Under the pieces are notes generated by a model. That model was not told the DNA's origin, did not search any database, and saw only the letters and a program-made list of their open reading frames with translations. DNA of 64,000 bases, taken from Octopus vulgaris (lineage: Eukaryota). A program made the translations under genes and the position numbers. The DNA is taken from assembly GCA_951406725.2 (NCBI GenBank), contig OX597821.1:17918001-17982000 (forward strand), in the 5' to 3' direction. Below, piece by piece: positions 55,606 through 64,000 of this stretch; position 1 is the first letter of the stretch; each line of letters starts with the position of its first letter.

Positions 55606-56102
55606 ATGTATGCATATACGTATGTATGTATGTATGTACATGTGTATGTATATATGTGTGTAAGTGTGTGTATATATGTAAATGTAAGTGTGTGTGCTTG
55701 TATGAGAATGTATGTATGTTTGCACACATGTATATATGTGTGTGTATGTGTATGTGTATATATATATATATGTATGTATATATATATGTATATATATATA
55801 TATATATATATGTGTATATATATGTGTATGTATATATATGTGTATGTGTGTGTATGTGTATACACATGTGTGTATGTGTATGTATGTATGTATATATATG
55901 CGTGTGTATGTGTATGTGTATATGTACATATACGCGTACGCTCGTGTGTTTATGTATATGTAGGTACGTAGAGTTATCTATGTGTGTATTTATATGTACA
56001 TGTGTAAGTATGTATATATATATATATATATATATGTGTATGTGTGTGTGTGTATATATATATGTTTATGTGTGTGTGTGTGTATATATATGTGTATATA
56101 TG

Positions 56103-56151
<49 letters not shown>

Positions 56152-56582
56152 ATGTGTGTAAGTTTATATGTATGTATCCGTCTATATAATAGGTAACTGC
56201 ACGTACATATACTTAATATTTATTATTTATTATTTATTTTTTGAGTATGCATGTATGAATAACTGCGCGTATATATATTTTACTATTTACTTATTTTTTG
56301 AGTATGCATGTAAGTATGAATATAAGGAGGCGCGTGTGTGTGTGTGTATGTGTAAGCATAGATATATGTATACTCTTACGCATGGGTGTACTTATGTGTA
56401 TATATGGACGCGCGCGTGTGTGTGTGCGTGTATGGGTACGCATGTACATGTGTATGTGTGTGTATGAGTATATGAGTATGTATGTATGTGTGTGCGTATA
56501 TTTGTATATGTATGTATGTATGTGTATGTGTGTGTATGAATATATATGTATATATGTATATATGTATATGTATATATATCTA

Positions 56583-58997
56583 TAGAAAGAAAGGAGTCAT
56601 GGAGGTGTTGCTATGTACATCCGTGAGGACCTCACACCCCAGGTCCTCTTGTCATACTCAAACTCGGTGTGTGACACACTAATTGTACATATTAGGCAAC
56701 TTGATGTAGTTGTGTGTGCTACATATCGCCCTCCAGATGCCCCAAGCCATGTGGGCAAGTTCGAAAACTGCCTTATAAAAATAGAAGAAATTCTAACCAC
56801 ATTAGAACAACACATAGGTGTGCTTCTTATGGGAGACTTCAATCTGCCCAATGTCAGATGGCCCGAGGGCCTTTCTCTCCCAGGAATGACAAGATGTGAA
56901 CGAGGACAGGCGAGGTCCCTCCTGAACCTCATCAACACCCTGTACATGGAGCAGGTAATACTCCAACCAACCAGGGCAGGTAACACACTGGATCTCTGCT
57001 TCACAAATGACATGGATCTCATCCATAATGTGAAAGTGACACCGACACTACTCTCGGATCACAACATGATAGAGCTGACCATGTACGGGCCAAAAGAGAG
57101 CACGGACATGCAGCCTACAAGAAACCCTCAAAATCTTTCCAGCTTGAACTACCATAAGGCAAACTGGAAACAAATTGAGAAAGAGATCCTCAAACAAAAC
57201 TGGCCTGAATGTCTCTCCTCGCCAGACATCGACGTGAAACTTCAACAATTCATGTCTGTAATGCAAGCCATATGCTACAAATGTGTCCCAGAGAGAAAGG
57301 CCACTGTACACAAGAACAAAATCCCCAGAGAGAGGAAAATTTTAATGAGACGGCGTACGAAATTTTCAAATCGCCTAAACAAACAGATTGAAAGCAGTGA
57401 AAAGTCCCGCCTAAAAATAAAACTGTTGGAAATCGAAAAATGTCTGCAACTCTCCCATGAAAAAGAAAGAGCAGACAAAGAAGCCTGGGCTATAGAAAAC
57501 ATAAAATCTAACCCCAGAGCTTTCTACAGGTATGCCAAAGAAACAGCTACAGTGCACTGTAGAATAGGGCCACTCCTTGAAAAGGATGGCACACTTACAG
57601 GAAAACCAATGAGGGTAAGTGAAATACTGAATGAGCAATTCAAGAGTGTTTTTACTCCACCCCTTGGGCATCTCCAAATCACCAATCCAACTGACTTTTT
57701 TACCACTGCAGATATAAAATCAGAGGCGGCGACGATAGATTACATCGATATAAAGGAAGACGATGTAACCAAGGCTATAGATGAAATGAAAACAGACTCA
57801 GCTACTGGCCCCGATGGATTCCCGGCAATCCTCCTAAAAGCATGTAAGAGAGTCCTAGCAAGACCACTGCAGTTCCTCTTTCAGAGCTTCCTTGCAGCTG
57901 GCAAACTTCCAGGAAAACTGAAGGAAGGTAAAATATGCCCCATTCATAAAGGAGGTAGCAGAGCGGAAGCCAAGAACTATAGACCTATCTCTCTGACCTC
58001 ACACATCAGCAAGGTCATGGAACGAATAGTCAGAAGGAAGCTGATCACCTTCCTTGAAGAGAATGACTTGCTGCCCGACACCCAACATGGTTTCCGACCA
58101 GGGAGAAGCTGTTTAACTCAGCTCCTACAACACTATGACTGGGTGCTGAAACGGCTGCTCAACCACTCAAATGTGGAAGTGATATATCTCGACTTTGCAA
58201 AGGCCTTTGATAAAGTCGATCATGGAATGATATGTCACAAACTGCGTGATCTCAACATAGTTGGAAAACTGGGAGAATGGCTTCATGACTTTCTGAAGGA
58301 TAGAAGTCAGGTGGTAGTAGCCAATGGGGCCACCTCCATTAACACACAAATAGTGAGCGGTGTTCCGCAGGGCACTGTTCTGGGACCACTACTGTTCATA
58401 ATGGCCCTCTCAGACATGCCCTCAGCCACGCAGAGAGCCACGATCACAAGTTATGCAGATGATACAAAAGTCTCACAGGCAATACAGAACCCTGAGGACA
58501 CTAAACACCTGCAATGTGAGCTGGACGAAATATACAAGTGGGCTGAAAAGAATAGCATGCAGTTCAATGCTGGAAAGTTTCAAGCTTTATACTATCAGCA
58601 TGCAAAACTGAATGCAATACCCAATGAATACACTGGACCCGGAGGGATTGCAATCCCAGAGGCACAATCAGTGCGTGACCTGGGTATTCACATGAGTGAT
58701 GACGCGACCTTTCATGTACATGTTGCTAAACTGACAATGAAATGTAGACGGCTGGCTGGATGGATTCTTAGAACCTTTAGAACAAGAGAACAAGAAACCA
58801 TGATGGTCCTCTGGAAGACACTTGTCCTAAGCCACTTTGACTATTGCTCTCAGCTATGGTCACCATCCAGTGTCAAGTTGATCACAGAACTTGAGGCGAT
58901 CCAACGAAGCTACCAAGTAGCAACACCAAATGGCGGTGCCCCAGCATGGCCACAGCTCATAAGCTGAAACTAGAATCAATCAATCAATCAATCAATC
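56583..58997 (+). mobile_element. CR1/L2-group LINE, 5'-truncated, internally deleted near the 3' end, with (tcaa)n tail
   Basis: Starts mid-endonuclease (RKERSHGGVAMY) in microsatellite. After ..LEAIQRSY it jumps to a short 3' end with a stem-loop and tandem tail. Confidence 0.88.
56613..58967 (+). CDS. LINE ORF2 (AP endonuclease plus reverse transcriptase), partial, uninterrupted 784 aa
   Basis: YRPP, GDFNLP, LDL, SDH, GPDG, NYRPISLTS, QHGFR, YLDFAKAFDKVDH, SGVPQGTVLGPLLF and YADD. Confidence 0.95.
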   Translation: MYIREDLTPQVLLSYSNSVCDTLIVHIRQLDVVVCATYRPPDAPSHVGKFENCLIKIEEILTTLEQHIGVLLMGDFNLPNVRWPEGLSLPGMTRCERGQARSLLNLINTLYMEQVILQPTRAGNTLDLCFTNDMDLIHNVKVTPTLLSDHNMIELTMYGPKESTDMQPTRNPQNLSSLNYHKANWKQIEKEILKQNWPECLSSPDIDVKLQQFMSVMQAICYKCVPERKATVHKNKIPRERKILMRRRTKFSNRLNKQIESSEKSRLKIKLLEIEKCLQLSHEKERADKEAWAIENIKSNPRAFYRYAKETATVHCRIGPLLEKDGTLTGKPMRVSEILNEQFKSVFTPPLGHLQITNPTDFFTTADIKSEAATIDYIDIKEDDVTKAIDEMKTDSATGPDGFPAILLKACKRVLARPLQFLFQSFLAAGKLPGKLKEGKICPIHKGGSRAEAKNYRPISLTSHISKVMERIVRRKLITFLEENDLLPDTQHGFRPGRSCLTQLLQHYDWVLKRLLNHSNVEVIYLDFAKAFDKVDHGMICHKLRDLNIVGKLGEWLHDFLKDRSQVVVANGATSINTQIVSGVPQGTVLGPLLFIMALSDMPSATQRATITSYADDTKVSQAIQNPEDTKHLQCELDEIYKWAEKNSMQFNAGKFQALYYQHAKLNAIPNEYTGPGGIAIPEAQSVRDLGIHMSDDATFHVHVAKLTMKCRRLAGWILRTFRTREQETMMVLWKTLVLSHFDYCSQLWSPSSVKLITELEAIQRSYQVATPNGGAPAWPQLIS

Positions 58998-59239
58998 ATA
59001 TATATATATATATGGATATATATATGCGCGTATATATATGTATGTATGTGGGTGTGTGTATGTGTATAAATGTATGTATGTATGGATGTATGGATGTATG
59101 TATGTATGTATACGTATGTATGTGTGTGTATGTGTGTATATGTATGTATGTGTATGTGTGTATATATGTGTATATGTGTGTATATGTGTATATATGTGTA
59201 TGTATGTATGTGTATGTATATGTGTGTATATATATGTGA

Positions 59240-59299
<60 letters not shown>

Positions 59300-59708
59300 A
59301 TTTGTATGTAGGTGTACGTGTATGTGTGTGTATTTATATTTATTGGTGTATATGTATAGACTAGCCTTCTAAGAGTGTAGACATGAATCTGTAGGTACGC
59401 GTACGTATGTGTATATACGTGAATGTATGTAGATGTATGTATGTATGAATATAACGCGTGCGTGCGTGTATATGTATGAGTGTACGAATGAGTGAGTGTA
59501 CGTGCTAAAGAGTGTGCGTGAGTGAATGAGTGCTTGTTTTCCAGTAGACAGATAAATGGACTGGCTGTCATAGCCAAGATGTTTGTGACCAAGCGGCCAA
59601 AGATAACAAAAGTAATAAACGAAGATAATAAAATTAAAATTAGGGAATGGGTCTGTATTTGTATGTGTATATATATATGTGTGTATGTGTAGATATGCAT
59701 AGGTACAC

Positions 59709-59752
<44 letters not shown>

Positions 59753-60367
59753 ATTTATATGTATGTGTGTGTATATATATATATGTGTGTATGTGTATAT
59801 ATGTGTATATAGGGACTAGTGTGCTGGGTGTGCATGTGTGTGTGTGGATTTGTGTGTGTATGCGTGTATGTGAGTATGTGTGTGTATGTGTATATATATT
59901 TTTCTGTGTGTATATGTATGTGTGGTCGTGTGTGTGTATATATACATGTGTGTATACGTGTATGCATGTGAGTGTGTGTATGTATACATATATGTGTATG
60001 TGTAGATATGTATATGTATGTGTAAGTGTATATATATGTATATATATATGTGTGTGTATGTATGTGTGTATGTATATGTATATATGTTTGTATGCGTGTG
60101 TATATATGTATACATATGTGCATAGGTATAAGTGAGAATCTCCTTATTTACCTAAAACTCTATCCCCCCTTTTTATATATATATATATATATATATTTTT
60201 TTATTTTTTATTATTTTTTATTTATTCTTCTATCTAATTTAACACTGACTCCTTGACCACTCCCCCAAGTATGATATTTTGCGCTATGCCTACCCCCAAA
60301 ATGTCCCCCACCAACACCCCTTTAAACCTGCCTAAATGTATAAATGCCAATACAATTCTTGTTAACT

Positions 60368-60418
60368 AGCTTCCTGAAGATTTCTCTTGACTGAAACAGT
60401 TCTAGTCCTGTAGAAGCT
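60368..60418 (+). ncRNA. Type I hammerhead ribozyme
   Basis: Stem I agcttc/gaagct, CTGAAGA, short stem II, GAAACAG-loop-CTGTA (GUA site). Confidence 0.75.
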
Positions 60419-60500
60419 CCTTCTATATAATAAATTAATTTTACTCTGCTATGTATTGAGTACCTTATTTACTGTGGTTAACCCCGAATCAACCCGGGAC

Positions 60501-60601
<101 letters not shown>

Positions 60602-61152
60602 GTATACATATATATATATATATATTGTGTGTATATATACATATATATATATGGTAGATATACATATTTTAACATGTATATGCATATATAGTTATCTACG
60701 GAAACATGTTCTTATAAATATGGTGTTTTGTGTACTGCGTGTGTGTGTATGTGTAAGTAAATAAATAAATGTACAAGTGTACATGGCTAATTTAACAGCG
60801 TATATATCCGACTGCCTTTTCCTAACTAATATACTGTCCACACCACACTCTGTTCTAAGCCATTTATCCGTAGAGATTTATTATTTTTTTTTTTTTGTTT
60901 TGCAATTATGACCTTAATTTGAACCTCCTTTGCTCTTAGACACAGGGCTTTATTATTACCCTCTTACTTGTTTTCTCTTAATTTCACTGATAACACAAAA
61001 GTACTACCCCACCCTCCTTTACTGAATTGATATAAAAAGAATTTTCTCTTCAGTTTACACACATTTGTTTCCTTGCTCTATCAACTAATCTAATTTGGTA
61101 TGTAGTGTCGAATTGAATAACTATACTCTTCTGTTGGTTTATCGTACAACGT

Positions 61153-61532
61153 GGAAGCACTCCGTGGGTTACGACGACGAGGGTTCCGGTTGATCCGATC
61201 AACGGAACAGCCTTCTCGTGAAATTAACGTGTAAGTGGCTGAGCACTCCACAGACACGTGTACCCTTAACGTAGTTCTCGGGGATATTCAGCGTGACACA
61301 GAGAGTGACAAGGCCGGCCATTTGAAATACAGGTACAACAGAAACAGGAAGTAAGAGTGAGAGAAAGTTGTGGTGAAAGAGTACAGCAGGGATCACCACC
61401 ATCCCTGCCGGAGCCTCGTGAAGCTTTAGGTGTTTTCGTTCAATAAACACTCACAACGCCCGGTCTGGGAATCGAAACCGCGATCCTACGACCGCGAGTC
61501 CGCTGCCCTAACTACTGGGCTATTGCGCCTCC
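61153..61532 (-). mobile_element. SINE family B
   Basis: Matches 41623-42008. 12-bp TSD atcgtacaacgt (61141-61152, 61533-61544). Confidence 0.9.
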
Positions 61533-61708
61533 ATCGTACAACGTACTGGATTATTGTACAACGTTCTGGTGTTCGCTAGGGACATACGTGTAAAATTAGG
61601 TAATACACGTTGCTGTAATAAAAACACTTAAGTAAACTCTCCTGTTTTATTCTGCTCCCGCATATACATACACACACTCAGAGACATACACATGTAAAGA
61701 ACGAAAGC

Positions 61709-61770
<62 letters not shown>

Positions 61771-62052
61771 TAGGGAGAGAGAGACACACACTTTCACACA
61801 CACAAACAAACAAACAAATATATATATTTTCATATATATTTGAAATTTAAGTAGCACGGAAGTTGAATCAAATTGTTTTGATACATACATACATACATAC
61901 ATACATACATACATACATACATACATACATACATACATACATACATACATACATGCATACATACATACATACATATATACATACATACCCGCGTGCGCAC
62001 ACGCACACACACGTGCTAACAATCGCTGTAAATATGAAAAAAAATGACTCAC

Positions 62053-62524
62053 CGTTGTATTGTTTTGTGCTGTTCGATGTAGGCGTAAAATTGTCGGGGC
62101 ATTCGCAATATTCTTTGTCTCCTGTGCAATTCCTCAAGCATGGCTTAGTGCAGTGTTCTCCTGTCCATTGTGGTTTGCAGTGACATGTCATATATCCGTC
62201 CCCGTCAAAGTCACATAAGCTGTTCTTACATCGGTAACAAAAGTACTCTTCTTTGGTAGTTAACTTACGGCACTGTAAACTGCGGTTATATATTACACAC
62301 GTTTCACCGCTTCTACAATGCGACGAATTCAGGGTACAGGGCTTGGATGAAACAACTGAAGATTCTGACGTCCCTATTTTGGTGTCGTTGTTGACATCGT
62401 AATTAATGTTGTTATCGTTGCTGCTTTTGCTGTTGTTGTCGTTGTTGACGACGAAAGTGCTAGCGTTGATATACAGACATGCCATCAATGTGACAATATG
62501 TAACAGAACAGTTGCTTCCTTCAT
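62053..62524 (-). CDS. EGF-TM-TIR receptor, coding exon 1 (signal peptide, Asn-rich spacer, EGF-like modules; aa 1-157)
   Basis: ATG at 62524. Hydrophobic N-terminus MKEATVLLHIVTLMACLYINAST. Canonical EGF CYRCKNSLCDFDGDGYMTCHCKPQWTGEHC flanked by two 4-Cys modules, with several N-x-S/T sequons. Ends at donor AACG|GTGAGT (62053/62052); 472 nt, phase 1. Confidence 0.88.
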
Positions 62525-62910
62525 AGTTTCTTTTACAGATATGATGCTACGTTGCTGCGATGTTGCTGGGTCAAGTGTACAACAGAGAATGAAGTGAGAT
62601 TAACATCAGATCCCGGTGCCAACTTATTAATGGAGCACTTATCAATACAAGTGACATCTATTACTCGGAAACACAAAAGATACACAATTCATATTGATGG
62701 TGGAAAGGGGCAGTAGAGGGCCGGCGGTGGTGGTAGCGTGTGTGGTAGTGACGTGGTGTTGTTTATAGTGGTGGTGATTATGGTGTTGGTGGTAGTGGAG
62801 ATTCATGTGATGTAGTGGAGAGAGATTCTGAAAACGATAAAAACGACACAGCAAAGAAGAAAAATATTAGATTTAACTTTAACACTCGGGAACAGTTTTC
62901 TATCTGTCTT

Positions 62911-62960
<50 letters not shown>

Positions 62961-63239
62961 CTCACACGTGACCATTGTCCATCTTTCTTTTCCTCACGTG
63001 ACCATTTTTCTTTTCCTGCACGGACGTTCAAAAGAACGGACGTGTTTCTCTCTCTCTCTCTCTCTCTCTTCTATCTTTTCCCTTTTCAAAAAAATGTTTC
63101 GCCCAGCTTTCATTATTTTCCTCTCGTTCTGGTCTAACGACCGTCCCCCTACGTTTGTTTTCTTTCGGTTTCCTTGTATGTCTCCATATCATGTTGACTT
63201 CCTGTTTACGTCATTTGTTAATCTACTTTTTTATCACAT

Positions 63240-64000
63240 TTTTTGACCAGATTGACTGATTTTCTGCATACGTTATTTGTTTTGACTAAGGCCTTGGTAA
63301 CCCATTTTTGTTTGACAGTCGCCCAGCGTTCCGGTTGATCGACTCCTTAAGAAGACACTGGTTTTGGTCAGCTCAATGCTTTTTTTCCTGAGAATCCAGT
63401 TTTGATCAGAAAACATCTAACTGGTTAAGTCTAGGTTGACGTCAGATACTGGTGTTTGAGAAGGTGCAAGTTGTTAATTTACTGCAGTCTGAAGTTAGGG
63501 TTTCAAGTCCAGGAAGCAGCCAGTTACTTCAACTTGTGATTTAAATACGTTTTCGGTCGTTTTTTGTGAATAAATTGAGTTTTCTCATTCTGGTGTGTTG
63601 TTATAGGGTATTAAGTTGTAGTTTATATTTCTTAATGAAAATATTTTCTTTATTTAATTAGAATTGGGCTGAAGTATTTCCGGAGCATTGATATAGAGGG
63701 AAAATTTGGCATTTCGGATGTTTGTCCGTTGAGCTCAGATCTAGATGTTTACTTACGGAATTTTCCTAGTTGTAGGTTCACGAATCTTTTGTTTGTCTAC
63801 TGTTATTCCGACCTTCAAATTCAATCTCGTTTGACCAATGTAATCCCCGCCACACACACAGCTACGCAATCCCATCACACTCACCAGTTGGTGAGTACGT
63901 AGTTATGGAAGTCATCGCCGAATTTCATTCTGATGTGTTCGTATATTTGAACTTCTAAGTATGCCATGACAAAGTTAGTAAAAATGGGGGCTACCTCCGT
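63240..64000 (-). mobile_element. Decayed Penelope-like element related to the one at 16438 (RT piece fused to GIY-YIG by deletion)
   Basis: Hand translation TEVAPIFTNFVMAYLEVQIYE...NW, then GDYIGQTRL...KHLDL...IFPLYQCS...NKENIFIKKYKLQLNTL* ending at about 63601. 3' boundary approximate. Confidence 0.75.

Noticed and set aside
59520-59610. Possible SECIS element in the unique island of the Penelope-type 3' region
   Set aside because: An ATGA is present, but I could not build a convincing AUGA/GA quartet with an apical AA stem by eye; SECISearch would be needed.
61868-62052. C-terminal '[17 protein letters not shown]...' of the 218-aa ORF as a TM segment
   Set aside because: Lies beyond a strong GTGAGT donor conserved in both paralogs and runs into microsatellite; this is intron read-through.

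Overview
AT-rich, microsatellite-laden animal genomic DNA. The repeat content (SINE families, (AT)n/(ATAC)n/(TAA)n tracts) looks cephalopod/Octopus-like, which is an inference. One host gene can be rebuilt by hand on the minus strand from four small exons spread over 41 kb (62524-62053, 43024-42851, 23683-23540, 21829-21498). All introns are GT-AG and phase 1. The spliced product is a 373-aa signal peptide / EGF-like / transmembrane / TIR protein, i.e. a TIR receptor with an EGF ectodomain instead of LRRs or Ig domains. A disabled tandem copy of its first exon and upstream region lies at about 7900-9135. The rest is transposon-derived: mariner (DD34D), maT (DD37D), Penelope-like elements, CR1/L2-like, RTE, L1/Tx1-like and Dong/R4-like LINE pieces, Helitrons and three SINE families. 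There are also at least 12 type I hammerhead-ribozyme motifs from Penelope-type terminal repeats, mostly in inverted pairs within (TA)n tracts. Almost all supplied ORFs are microsatellite artefacts. All alignments, translations and folds were done by eye; element boundaries are approximate where stated.
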